A DNA stretch of 64,000 nucleotides, taken from positions 110,298,001 through 110,362,000 of the forward strand of contig OX597817.1 of the NCBI GenBank assembly GCA_951406725.2. The letters are read 5' to 3'. Below, one piece after another: positions 36,961-51,007 of this stretch. This DNA is from Octopus vulgaris (taxonomy: Eukaryota). How positions within the stretch are numbered: the stretch's first letter is position 1; each line of letters opens with the position of its first letter. The notes beneath the pieces are model-generated. The model saw nothing but the letters and a program-made list of their open reading frames with translations. It ran no database searches and was not told the origin of the DNA. The position numbers and the translations under genes are program-made.

Positions 36961-39900
36961 AAGAAGTATATATATATATATATATATATATACATACACA
37001 AAGACATGTAATGAATTATATATATTGACTGATTTATTTATTTAGTTATTTCACAAGATCATGTGACCAACCAAGCTATCAGATGTTGTTACACATCACT
37101 GGTCAATGTGCATTTGCATTGTTTTAGCTTTAAAATGACATCATCCCACTGGCTAGGCAAGCAGGTCAACAATCCCCACTGATTGAAGGGGGACTGGAGC
37201 AATGTGAAATGAAGTGTTTTGCTTAAGAACACAAAACGCTGCCTTGTCAGGAAATCAAACCCATTAACTAGTGATTGTGAGTGTAACAGCCTAACCATTA
37301 CACCACATGCCTTCACATTTAGTTATTTATATTTCCAAAAAGCAGTAGGTGTACCATCAGTTGAGTGCCAAACAAAAAATACCTTATGGTATTTTATTAC
37401 ATTTCTTCATGCTTATATCTCATTTAATCAACTATACTCCCCTTGTTGCCTTTAACAGTTCCTTTATGTAAAAATCCAAACAGTCAAATTTCCCACAAAT
37501 TACTCTCTAATGTTTCTATTACTTTTTCAAGAAATGAATGACAATATTCACAACTATTTATAGGGCCTCTGAGACTGGTGGGATGAATGTATCAGCAGAT
37601 CGGAGACCTAGCCTGAATGCTTACAATAAAACAACCTCCACTCAAAGACGAGGTGATGGTGTTAATCTGAGGGACCGATCAAATCTACCACTCAAGTAGA
37701 TCATGGTGAGATTTAAATTCAGTATGTAAAGAACCAGAACAAATATTGGTTTCGAATTTTGGTACAAGGCCAGCAAGTTCAGGGGAAGGGATTAAATTGA
37801 TTACATTGCCCCCAGTGCTCAACCGGTACTTATTTTATTGAATGAAAGGCAAAGTTGACCTTGGTGGAATTTGAACTCAGAACATAAAGACAAGTGAAAT
37901 GCAACTAAGCATTTTTCCCAGCTCACCACCTTAGCTAGAACAAATATTGTAAGGCATTTCATCTGATGCTCTAACCACCCAGCCATTTGATCACCTTATA
38001 AAAGACAGGACACATTAGATAATGTAGTCCAACATATTTCTTAGAAGAGCAAATATTTTGTTACTGCTGGAATATGTTTGATCACAAGTCTGCTTGATGA
38101 AGGTTAACCTCGGACTAAACATAAAGACTTAAAATATTTAGTCACATCCTTTAACATTATAAGTCCAAATACTATTATGTTTGACTTAGTTTTTCATTCT
38201 TCCAGGAGGGAGAAGTTAATAAAATAACTGCCAATCAATTCCTGGGATAAATTTTATTGGCAGTGTACTTCCATTAAAAAACGTCACCTTATGTTGTGTC
38301 AAGATAAGAAAGCAACATTGTACTACAGTGGTGAGGGATAAAATCAGTAGATTTCATCCTGAGTTTGAATCCATTTGAGGTTGACTTTCTCCTGTCAGGA
38401 GATGATGAAATAAGTACTGCTTGAGCACTGGGGTTGATTAAATTGATTACATGTTTTCCCATAAAATGTGAGGCTCTGTTCCTTTATATATACAGTCCTT
38501 GCTTCCACTGATCAAATAATCTAGTGAAGTTCTAGATTAGATTGTGAAGTTTCAAAGTTATGGAGCAAAGAATCCTTCATCCTCATTGACTTCCCACAAC
38601 TACATAAGGGTGAATGTTATTAGAAGTGCCAAAAAAATTATACAAGTGAAGGACGTAACTGAACTTTGGGACACACCAAAGTTGATAAAGTATAGATGAA
38701 AAAGAGCTCAGAAATTATCTTCAAAAGAAATTGGGGAAAGTGGGACAAATCTGACTGTTGTCTGCTGGATGAATGGTGTCCTCTCAAAATCGAAAGAAGT
38801 TTTGATGGTCTCTTTTGTGGGGGTAGGGGAGAGTCATGGTAGACAGTCATGAGCTGTAGTCTATTTCTCATTACTGAGCTAATGTGATTTCAATTCTAAA
38901 CCTTGCTACAAAACTTTTGCAATCTAACAGCAATAGTTTTTGTTGTCTGTGGAATGTCTGATTCTACCATCTTAGGAATCTCTGCTTTATCAGAATTTCA
39001 ATCATGTCAGATTTAATATAAATTTCCTTGACATTTTCTACTGCATGTACTGATCTGAAATTTAATAACATTCAAAATTACAACTGACAGCCTATACAAT
39101 CAACAAAATCTTGCCAACAATTGCCAATTGATACTGTAGAATCAAAACCAATTACTAAAATGGACAGCTCTAACAACTTAACAGTACTCAATCAGTTTAC
39201 AACTTACACTTTCACATTTGCATCAGACAAGCAACCTTTCAAGCTATCATTCAATGCCTTTCTTCATTATTTACTTTGTTTTGGAATCCAAGCTTCATGC
39301 ATAGTAACTGTAGCAACTCAATTTGAAAACTCTGACATGGAGAATGTTTAAGTCGATGAAGTATTTGAATCACTAGAACAGATATCTTATCATTCATCCT
39401 CAAATGAGCAAAATTGATTGATACAATTGAGCAATATGGAAAACTACTGTTACAGCTAATGCAAACAAATAAGATGATTGAAAAATGGAATGAGAAATTA
39501 CCACTTGCTTTAATGATTATCACATTGCTGTCTTGATAATGAAAGAAGAAACCAGCTGAAATTATAATATTTAAATGTACAAATTATTCAACTCTGGATA
39601 CCAAGTGATTTATCATAACAATAAAGTTTGACTATATGAAATGATCTATTAGTTAAAAAAAGCATTAATGATTGAAATATTCTCAAACCACCACATTCTA
39701 ATTCAACATTACAGGGCACCATGATACAGACTTAATGAACCCCTGAATCCAAGATGCAAAATAACATTGATGGAAAAGGTAAACCTTTGAATATACCAAT
39801 CAACAGAGAAAAAATACAACTACTAGTGCAATAATGATAGCAATGAATTTAGAAACAGATGTTGAGAATATATGGCTAAATTATTCTAATATAATTGCAA

Positions 39901-40249
39901 TATGCATTCCTAATAGGTCGAAAAAAGAACAAGAAATGTTGACCTATTTGGATGATTATATAATCAAACAATGTTTATCCCTTTAAAAAAAAATCATATG
40001 ATTTGTTTATGCTCCAGTTAGCCTATTTATTATTTCATGTACAAATGTAGCAGAGACTGCATCTCTTTTGGTACAATATCAGCAAATAGGCTGCAGCTTG
40101 GTTGGGAGAATCCTGGATATTTTGATTATTTGGTTAGGATGAATTAGGATTGGTGTTGTTTCCTATATACAACCAAGTCCGGCCAGATTTTTGATGAGAT
40201 CATTAATTTATTTATAAACTTTACAATATTTACAACGATTACTTGCTCG

Positions 40250-41220
40250 AGGCTGTGTCACTGTCTATGCTTTCTCAACAGATTTGCACTTTGTCATTCA
40301 TGTAAATTGATGTTGCACATCTAGTGGGGCATACTATCTTCATTCCCCTCTATTCTGTGCATGTCCTCTGCATTCAGAGCCCATGTCTCACTACCATGGA
40401 GTATAGCCATTCATAAACAGGCATCATACAATCTACCTTTCACTCTGAGAAAGAGTCTTTTGTTGCTAACAAAGGTAGTAGCTCTTTGAACTTCCTCCAT
40501 TCTATCCTTATTCTAGAAACAATACTTTCAGAGTATCCACCACCATTACTAACTTGGTCACCTAAGTAGTAGAAACTATCTACTACCCCAAGAGAGCCTC
40601 CTGGGCATTTGAGAGAGTCTAAGTCCTTCATGCTCTTTGTACTAATTGTTCCTGTATGTCTGCTGCACACAAAGGCAACTTTTCCACTGCATCTCTTATG
40701 TGTCCATGGCTTACACTGGGTGCAGTGAATGAAATTACTTCCCACTCCTTTCCTACATATTGAGCAGGGCCATTTACCCGATGGAAAGGATGTCTTATCT
40801 GCTTTCTTGCTAACAACAAATTTGGTTTTAGCTAAGTTAACTTTAAGGCCCTTTGATTCCAGGTTTTGCTTCCATACCTGGAATTTCTTCCACAATTCAG
40901 CTACAGATGCTGCAACAAGAGCGCGGTCATCAGTGAATAGTAGTTCCTACAGGCATCCAGTTTTGAATTCCTTTTGTTATGGCCTGGAGGACTATGATCA
41001 ATAGGAATGAATTAAAAACTGAGCCCTGATGAACCCCTACCTGTATCCTAAATTCATCACTGTATTCATAGCTGATTCTCACCTTACTTACAACACCTCT
41101 GTACATAGCTTGTATGGCTCTAACAAGCCACTCATCTTCTATTCCTAGCTTCCTTAGAGACTACCATATAACAGAGTGGAGGACTCTGTTGGAAGCTTTC
41201 TCCAGGTTGATGAAAGCTAA
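40250..41220 (-). mobile_element. RTE-clade LINE fragment (RT C-terminus with an embedded Cys/His finger), degenerate
   Basis: WKQNLESKGLKVNLAKTK...WPCSICRKGVGSN.I.CTQCK.WTHKRCSG...VVDSFYYLGD...RIR..W.KF.ELLPLL. Related scraps lie at about 28720-28880(+) and 50258-50490(-). Confidence 0.88.
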
Positions 41221-41242
41221 TATATATATATATATATATATA

Positions 41243-41401
41243 TATAACATAAGGGGGATCAGCCATCTGAATGTGGCGAGGGACAGGGCGGGGTAGTGGG
41301 GGTGTTACTGATGCATTTAGCCCCAGGCGGCATCAGTAACACCCCCACTACCCCGCCCTGTCCCTAGCCACATTCAGATGGCTGATCCCCCTTATGTTAT
41401 A
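41243..41401. repeat. Near-perfect hairpin: 72-bp arms, 15-nt loop
   Basis: 41243-41314 versus 41330-41401, with one mismatch seen. It is flanked by (TA)n. Confidence 0.97.
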
Positions 41402-41464
41402 GAGCAGTTACTGTTTATATCTCGCTCAGAGATTTATTATTGTTATATATATATATATATATAT

Positions 41465-41644
41465 AAAATTATAATTTAGTGTATCTAAGTGATACCACCA
41501 TGCATGAAATAGCAACCAAAACTTGACTCTAAAACCTCATTAGAAGTTCATACATGTATGAACTTCTAATGTGGTTTTAGAGTCAAGTTTTGGCTGCTAT
41601 TTCAAGTGTGGTGGTATCGCTTAGATACCCTAAATTATAATTTT
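41465..41644. repeat. Spacer-less palindrome with 90-bp arms
   Basis: Centred on ...GTTCATACA|TGTATGAAC... (41554/41555), with a few mismatches. Confidence 0.95.
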
Positions 41645-42500
41645 AATAATAATTATTACCTTTGAAGGATTTTATTCCCATACTGGCCACTTGATAAGTT
41701 CAATATTTAAATAACGATCTTATCCTTATATATGTATGTATAGGCAGTGCTCCAGAATGGCCACAGTCAAATGACTGAAACGAGTAAAAGAATAAAATAT
41801 ACACACGCAGGCATCAGTAATGACCTTCACACTGGTAATGCTTTCCCTGTATAATGCACAAATATAATTCTATTTTCCAAAATAAATTGCACTTCATATT
41901 TGAGGCACCAATGCATCTATAGGATGTTATTCAGGCACTCAACTACAAGTCCACTGCATTTTATAGCAGAAACAGCTGTAAGCTAATACAGTCCACAACA
42001 TAGCCATTGTTTTCTCTGTGTCATCTCTTTTCACAATTACTGCTCTATACTCATCTAACTTTTTGTTCTGAAACTTACATATATTGAGTTCTACACAGGT
42101 TACTAGTCAGGCAATGCCCAAGCGAAACATATTGTGTGTGTGTGTGTTTATATACACACAAAATGAGCTTCTTTCAGTTTCCTACCTAATCCACTCACAA
42201 AGCTTTAGTTGGCTCAAGATAATAGTAGGAGACACTTGCCAGAGGTGCCGCACAGTGAGACTGAAACCATGTGATTGGGAAACATCTTAACATATCTAAC
42301 AATATCACCAGACAGTATATTTTATGTGTGTTTTGTTCAATGTTTTCAATCATAATATACTCCCAAAAATGACTGCTTCTTTCTGTTATATTTTATGTTG
42401 TTAATTATTAGTTTTTGTTTCACTCTCAGATTACTAACATTTTAACATTTCTTCTAAATGTTTTCTTTACTGTGCAGTGAATGTAGTATTGAATATTCTA

Positions 42501-43752
42501 CTGGGTTGTCCGGAAAGTTTGTGCCAATTTTTAGAGGAAAGAAAAAGGTCAATAAATACTTGCCATTACATTTTTAATCAACAAAATATGAACCATTTTG
42601 TTGCACAATGCGTCTCCATCTTTCCTTTAACTTGAAGATACCCTCTTCCCAGAATTGAGGTGGTTTCATGGCAAAGAATTCATCAAGGTATCTTTTTTAT
42701 GTCATCCAAGGAATTGAAATTTTTACCATTAAGACAATTCTTCAGAGACCTGAATAAGTAGAAATCCGAAAGAGTAATAACTGGTGAATATGGAGGGTGG
42801 GGTAACACATCCCAGTCGAGCTGCAGCAATTTTTGTCTAGTTCCCAAGGAAACATATGGTCTTGCATTATCATGTTGGAAAACAACACCCTTCCTGTTGG
42901 CCAATTCTGGATGTTTCTCTTGAATTGCTGCTTTCAACTTGCCCAGTTGTGTGCAGTATTTCTCAGAATTAATTGTCTGGTTACTTGGGAGAAGCTCATA
43001 GTACAGAATTCCTTTCTAATCCCACCAGACACAAAGCAAGACTTTTTTAGAGTGAAGACCCACTTTTGGGGTGGCTCATGTCGCTTTCTCCAGGATCGCT
43101 TTCTCTGAACATTTCAGCAGATAATCCATTTTTCATCACAATTTGCTTTAAAAAGGCGTGTTTTCATTCTGTTTATAAAACGAATCACAGATGGAAATGT
43201 GATCCAAAAGGTTCTTATCACACAAACATTGTAGCGATTTGTGTACCCAAGCTTTACTAGGTGCTCATGAACAACAGATTTTGATAGGTTGAGGCTTTCT
43301 GCCAATTCTCGGGTTGTGCAATGTGAATTATTCTCAATTAATGACTTGATTTGGTCATCATCTGTAGTGGATGGCCAGCCTGATCGCTCTGTATCAATAA
43401 GGCTACAATCTCCAGCTTGGAACCTTGCGAACCACTTCCGTACAGTTTTTTTGGATAAAGAAACATCACCGTAAACTGCACATATTTCTTTGGTTGCATG
43501 TGAGGCATTTTTCCCTTTACAGAAAAAGAAAAGAATCAAGTGCCGAAAATGAACTTTTTTTATCTTCCATTTTAAAGGGTTACAGAATTAACATAGGTTA
43601 TAGGAACATAAACCTTCTTCCACTAAAAGGTAGCTTAAACTGTGCTCTAAATGGAGGTGTAGTAAAATCCTATTTTATGGACTCAATCATGTTCTAAAAT
43701 AAATCGAAAGGTAAGCTACTATAAATCAGCATGAACTTTCCGGACAACCCAA
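42501..43752 (-). mobile_element. Near full-length mariner transposon with TIRs and TA TSD; transposase disrupted
   Basis: TIRs TGGGTTGTCCGGAAAGTT / AACTTTCCGGACAACCCA, with TA at 42499-42500 and 43753-43754. ORFs give ICAVYG...WFARF.AGD.SL.D..RSG.P, DEKWI, FQHDNARP, HPPYSP and DFYLFRSL. Confidence 0.95.
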
Positions 43753-46319
43753 TATAATTGTCATACAGTGTTATGTTAATTACTAACAGTAAAAAAGTGA
43801 TAAATTGACAGAATCATTAAAAATATTGCAAACATTTCTTGGTGGTTCCGGCTCTTTACATTCTGAGTTCAAATCCTACCCAAATCAACTTTGTCTGTCA
43901 TCGCTTTGGAGTCCAAACAACAAAGTAACACTCTTGCAAACACCATAACTAAGGAAGATTTCAGCACATATAAAAACGTTCTGGTACAAAAACAATACAA
44001 ATAATACAAAGCATGACACATTAGCTTTGCAAATGTACTCCCTTCACAACCGAAATAACACACAACAATGCAATCACATACTTCATCAGGTTACTACAAA
44101 TTATCATCAGACTTCACTCTCTGCTCCATACATGGCAAACAATCTCCTCAATCACCCCTAACCATTTATCCATCATCTTAAAAATAAAACAAAATCACTT
44201 TCATGGATTTCAAAAGAAAAAAAAAAGTGAAATCACTTCCATCTACAATCAGAATCAAGATTTTCAAAATTCAATAAAATTGCAATCATCAATATAGATA
44301 CTTTCTTTCTTTCTTTTATTTGTTTCAGTCATTTGACTGCGGCCATGGTGGAGCATCACCTTTAGTCAAACAAATCGATCCCAGTACTTATTCTTTGTAA
44401 GCCTAGTACTTATTCTATCAGTCTCTTTTGCCGAACCACTAAGTTACGGGGATGTGAACACACCAACATCGGTTGTTACACAAACATACATACATACTGA
44501 CACACACACACACATATATATATGACGGGCTTCTTTCAGTTTCCGTCTACCACATCCACTCACAAGGCTTTGGTCGGCCTGAGGCTATAGTTAAAGACAC
44601 TTCCCCAAGGTGCTACGCAGTGGGACTGAACCCAGAACTATGTGGTTGGTAAGCAAGCTACTTACCACACAGCCACTTCTGCGCCTAATGAATAATGAAT
44701 AAAATAATTGTAGATGCAGCAAGAAAAAGAAATACACACCTCATAGGGCTACTACAAAATCATTATTGCTATTTCTAGTCTAAGTGCATTATGGTATACT
44801 TTAGTTAAAAGCTGGCAGCCAGCTATTGCAATTGAGAGACATATTTACATTTGTGCATTGAATAATTTAGCTGAAAAATGATTTTAATTTCAAGGCATGG
44901 CTGTGTGGTAAGAAACTTGCTTTCCAACCACATGGTTCTGGGTTCAGTTTCACTGCATGGCATCTCAGACAAGCATCTTCTACTATAGCCTCGGACCAAC
45001 TAAAACCTTATAAGTAGATTTGGTAGATGTGTGTGTACCTCAACAGTTTGATTGAGTAAGTACCAGGATTTGAAAAAAAAAAAACAAAACAAGTACTGGG
45101 GTCAATTTGTTGGACTAAAACTTCTTCAAGGCAGTGCTCCAGCACGGCCACAGTCCAATGAATGAATGAAACAAGTCAAAGATTAAATGATAACTGCAAG
45201 AATTTGTTCTGCTATAACTCAGAACCAGTTGTTTACATAATAAGTTCAATCAGTAACTACTTCTGGACACATCCTTCCACAGTGAAATACAACAATAGCA
45301 CTCTAATCAGCATTCAGCACCAATTAGAGAAAATGCTAGCCTGGTATTTACTCAGATGTCCTTCACCATCAAAAGATACTGAATTACAGAAAACATAATT
45401 GTGTATGATAAAAGATAGGTATAGTTGTTTCTATGTACAACAGTTAGTTGTTAAATACACATATCAATGAAAACACCCTTCTGCATCAGTGAGGTTTGTA
45501 ATACTTGATGAAACTATAACGTTATTACATGTATTACGAGGGGATTCAACTTGGCTATCCACATCAATGACAGCACTTCATCATATAGAAATACAGAATA
45601 GACACCAGAGAAATACATTCTTAAATTCTCTTGCTGGATTCCCAGATTTTAGCACTCAACAACATATACTCATTCTGTCTACCAGCTTCACCTTACCTTC
45701 AGTCTTCAGCCACATTGCAGACTACATTGACTACAATACTACAATAGTTACCGTCAACTGTATCTTCATTAAACAACCAATACATTTTTTTGTAGATTCC
45801 GATTGCAGTCTCAAAAAACAACAGCAATATGAAATCAATGACTCTTATGATGACTATACTATGAAATTATGTCTGATACTTTACTCTTTTGCTTGTTTCA
45901 GTCATTTGACTGTGGCCATGCGAGAGCACCGCCTTTAGTCGAGCAAATCAAACCCAGGATTTATTCTTTGTAAGCCTAGTACTTATTCTATCGGTCTCCT
46001 TTACCGAACCGCTAAGTTACGGGGATGTAAACACACCAGCATTGGTTGTCAAGCAATGTTGGTGGGACAAACATAGACACCCAAATACACACACAGACAT
46101 ACATATATACACATATATATATATATAAATATAGATGATGGGCCCCTCTCAGCCTTCGTCTACCAAATCCACTCACAAGGCTTTAGGCCAGCCCGAGGCT
46201 ATAGTAGAAGACACTTGCCCAAGGTGCCATGCAGTGGGACCGAACCCGGAACCATGTGGTTCGTAAGCAAGGCACTTACTACACAGCCACTCCTACGCCT
46301 ATACTGTACATTTCAGGCT

Positions 46320-46790
46320 GTAACTCTTGATGCATACCAAGAGAGGTATTAGAAATTCATTATTTTTAGGACTTCATCCGATCATATTTAGGAAGGACTT
46401 CTCAAGAAACCATCACTGAATGTAGAACAAACTTGTTTTCTGAAAGCTACTCGGGAAATGTAAGAGTTTATTAGTGATCTTCCCTTCATCTCATACCGTT
46501 ATCTGGAATTGTAGCAAAATTTGTCCATCTTCTTAAGCAATGATCATACTGCTGGTGTTGTCATAAACAGATCAATCTGTAGATGAAGATGCTATTTTTG
46601 TACTTTCTCCCATCATAATCACTTTATTTATTCACAAAAGAACGAAACATGCCACAGCTGCATTAGAGGTTTGCAAGAATCTTTTGGCAATGCCTTCAAA
46701 CTGACCTGGCAACTCAGTCTGATGACCATTTCTTTATCTTTCTATATTTCAAACATCTGTGTATGCAATGTGCAGGCATGCATGTATTTT
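46320..46790 (-). mobile_element. Possible hAT transposase remnant abutting a Helitron-type 5' end (46790-47006, minus)
   Basis: An HCIHR motif is readable on the minus strand, but the region is heavily decayed. TCTCTATATATATAAG start at about 47006. Confidence 0.35.
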
Positions 46791-49700
46791 TTTTTTTTTT
46801 ACATGAAATGGGGTATATAAATATTTTTTTAATTTGTTCCTCTATAATTCTGACATGGCGGGGTGATTGGGAAAATGTAAAGATGTGCATGACCACTCTT
46901 GGACGGTTTTGAATGACCATAGAAAGTGCGAGCCCTCTAACTGTAAAATTGTGAATTTGTATAAAGAACACGCACACAGACATTTTGCCGCTTATATATA
47001 TAGAGATTATATCATAATGTAAATAAACTGTTAGATTGTCAATTGTATTTCTCTATTTATCATATATATGAGGCCGATGCCAGTACCCCAAGACTGGCTC
47101 CTGTGCCGGTGGCACGTAAAAAGCACCATCCAAACATGATTGATGCCAGATCTGCCTGATTGGCTCCTGTGCCAGAGGCACATAAAAAGCACCAACCGAT
47201 CATGACCGATGCCAATATCCTGTCTGGCTCCTGTACCGGTGGCATTTAAAAAGCACCATCTGAGCATGATCGTTGCCAGGCCCACCTTACTGGCTTCTGC
47301 GCCGGTGGCACATAAAAAGCTCCCACTACACTCTTGGAGTGGTTGGCATTAGAAAGGGCATCCAACTGTAGAAACTCTGCCAGACCAGATTGGAGGCTGG
47401 TGCAGCCGCTGGCTCTCCAGACCTCAGTCAAACTGTCCAACTCATGCCAGCATGGAAAGTGGGCATTAATCGATGATGATAAAGATGTGTGTGTGTGTGT
47501 GTGTATGATAGGTTTCTTTCAGTTTCCATCTACCAAATCCACTCACAAGTTCTTTAGTCAGCATGGAGCTATAGCCAAAGATACCTGCCCAAGATGCCAT
47601 GCAGTGTGGGACTGAAACTGAAGCCATATGTCTGGAAAGCAACCTTCTTACCACACACCCATACCTGCACCACGTGAAACTTTATTAAAGAAGGGACTAA
47701 ACAGTTTTTTGATGATAATATTATTGAGCCTTCAGTCTCTCTTTGGCAAGCACAAGTGATAAAAGCAGAAAACGACGACAAACAATGCCTGGTTATCAAC
47801 TATTCACAAATGCTAAATCATTACACAGCTTTCTAGTTGTCTGCCCTTTTCCTAAGATTTAAAATCTTATGCATTCTATTTCCCACAATAATTTCAACAG
47901 TGAACTGGATCTCAAAGCAACATACCAATGATAATAAGCGATTTCAATCTGATGAGTGTTTATTCCAGTTTACAAGTCTTTGATGTGGCCAAGGTTGTAA
48001 GCACTTTTCAGAGTGATGGATAGAGTAATTACCAACAGTGATATGTAACTAAGTTGCACCTATCTTGATAACGTCATTGTTGTTGATAAAACTGTTGATA
48101 AAAATGATGGGAACTTCAAATGATTTACTTCAGTTACTCAGAAACTTAATATTGCATTGAACAATGGCAAATATCTTCTTTGCCAAGCATTCATTTGTTA
48201 CCTAAGTACATTACATTCAGCCTGAATGGGAAAGATTGAAACTTCCCATCAATTAATCAATGTCTAACAATGCTAAACAACTACCACTATTGAGTTTGTC
48301 TAGACATGACTATAAATATGTCTCTTTTCTCAGAATTAATTCAACCCCTTCTAAATTCTATTTTTCCATAACAAAAAAATACCTAGGTACCTCTGCTTAA
48401 AACTTCTATAGTCAATGCCTCTCTCTCCCTCAACTACCTAATCTTAAATTCCATTACCCTGTTTCTTTTGAAACTAAAATATCTTTTTTCACAGTGTAAT
48501 AAACCTATTGCTTTGTTCTCCAGAATTCTTTATTAACCTGAACAAAATCTCATCAATTGAGAAGTAGACTATAGCTATTATAGAAAGTGTTAAGAAAGAT
48601 GAATGTTTTCTTCTTTGGGGGTGATTTTTACATTACGTACTGATTAACTAGCAATCACATTCATATTTAGTTACATGGGAATAAGAAAAATGATCAATCC
48701 TTAGATTGATGCTTAAAATTATTGCTCTACAACTATGACATCCACATACATGCTAATGGTAACACAGTTGCTGATATTTCTACCAGAAGCTGTTCTATAA
48801 AAATCTCTTGAAATCAGAGATTTACTTAAGTTTTCATGTCATTCTAGAGTAACTTGATTATGAGGAGACAAAAAATGTAAGTCTGTCGAATAGACTGGAC
48901 CAATAATTCAATGTCCAGTCTTGTCACACTGATTCAGCTTGAAAATTACTTTAACCCTTTTATTACGATATTCCCCTTTGCTTGCGAAGACATGTTGGGG
49001 CAAGCGAAATCGAAATCGAATTGAACCAGCCAGGACCCCTGGTCTGGTGATACGTAAAAAGCACTATCCGACTCGTGGCCGATGCCAGCGCCGCCTCGAC
49101 TGGCTTCTGTGCCGGTGGCACGTAAAATACACCAATCCGACCGTGGCCATTGCCAGCCTCGCCTGGCACGTAAAAAGCACCCACTACACTCACGGAGTGG
49201 TTGGCGTTAGGAAGGGCATCCAGCTGTAGAAACACTGCCAGATCAGACTGGGCCTGGTGCAGCCTTCTGGCTTCCCAGATCCCCAGTCGAACCGTCCAAC
49301 CCATGCTAGCATGGAGAACGGACGTTAAACGATGATGATGATGATGATGATTTCTGTTGAAATACACTGCCTTCGTTTCAAATAATTTTGAAATTAATGA
49401 AGAACTTAGAAAAACATCTGCTACTATTAAGCTGTTGTAAGGCAGTAAGTAGACAGAATCATTAGCAAGCTGGGCAAAATACCTAGTGGCATTTCTTCCA
49501 TCTTTACATTCTGAGTTCAAATTCTGCCAATGTTGACTTCACCTTTCATCCTTGCAACGTTGATAAAATAAACACCAGTTGAAGATATAATGAGATGATG
49601 TGACTCCCCCACGTAACTGCCAAAGTACTGAAAGCAATTTTTCGTAAAATGTGTGCTAACAATCTGTGATATCTTGGCTTGTTTTTAATATTTCATTATT

Positions 49701-50884
49701 AGTGACAATTATTGTGCCAAGTGACAAGTGACTTATGCACATCCAGTTCTCCAGCCTACAAAACTTGGCCTCTCATAAGCCCTACTTGACTGGTTCATTA
49801 TTTCATTGATTCCAGAAGAATGAAAGACAAAATTGGCATTGGCCAGATTTGAAATCAAACTATAAAGAACTTGGACTAATACAGCAAGACATTTTGTCTG
49901 ATGCTCTAACAATTTGTCATTCCACTACCCATTGTCTTAATGAAAGACACAACAGACAATACAAGCCATGACATACGAAAATATATGATTGCTGTAGAAA
50001 TGAATGACCTGAGGTTAAACAACAGCTGAAATCATATTACCATTATTAGCACAACTTCTAATCCATAGTATTATTATACAGCAAATAGGTAGTGCTTTTG
50101 CTATCTTTATTGTCAAAGAATTCTTCATAAGCAAGAACTATATTCAGCTACATGGTAGTGCATGTGGAACTTAAACAGAAAATAAATTTGAGCCGTAATA
50201 ATTTTTGAATAGAGAATTTTTCAGAGTAAGAATATAGTCATTTAAGCTTTTACCCACCTACCCTTCTTGTTCTTCTGTCACTGGGGCCCAATCCAGCATC
50301 TCTTCACCACCATCTTTATCTCTCATCACAGCCTCACTTGGATTACTTCTACCCACTTTTGTATAACGTGAGCAGCCATGTATCTTCTCTACAGTAAGAA
50401 ACTTGTTCTGGCATCTTCTCTCATACTCAAACCTCTTATTTTCTAGCATAACGCTACAATCATCTCTACTGTATCCCCATTCAATCAAAGGGATCTTAGT
50501 CTTGCAAGCTACATGGCAACCTCAAAGGGCCCAGGACACTATGCAAAGTGATTAGTGTCAGAAAGGGCATTAAGCTGTAGAAATTATGCTAAAGCTGACA
50601 TTGAAGCATAATGCAGTCTACCAACCTGTCAAACTGCCCAACCCATGCCAGCATGGCAAACAGACTTTTAAAGCGAATGATGATCATTATGATCATGATA
50701 ATGTTACATAGTGCATAGCTTTTTTTAATTCTTTATATGGTATATATTTTTTTATGAAAATAAATAAAAATTCAATTGTTAGCTCAATCACTGTCATTAA
50801 AAGATTTATTTTTCAATGATAAAAATAACTCAGAATAGAGCTGAAATTCAAAACAGTAAAAATACTTTAAAATCTTCCAACTAT

Positions 50885-51007
50885 TTACTCTGTCTCTTTG
50901 ACTTTATCAGCCTCTACAATGTCATGATTATATCGACAGGAATCACCAAGCTCGCACTTTCCAATTTTAAGATTCTTGCAAGGATAAGCTTTCAGGTCAC
51001 GTTCTGG
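50885..51007 (-). CDS. TRMT1: TRMT1 last coding exon (CCCH zinc finger, stop)
   Basis: poly-T-cacAG acceptor, phase 0. It reads PERDLKAYPCKNLKIGKCELGDSCRYNH...TAA (C-x7-C-x5-C-x3-H). AATAAA lies about 75 nt downstream. Confidence 0.9.
   Translation of the reverse strand, partial: PERDLKAYPCKNLKIGKCELGDSCRYNHDIVEADKVKETE

Noticed and set aside
47070-47330. CRISPR-like repeat-spacer pattern (also 32505-32760 and 9443-9599)
   Set aside because: The context is eukaryotic, the spacers are homologous to each other and there are no cas genes. These are tandem repeats inside retroelements.
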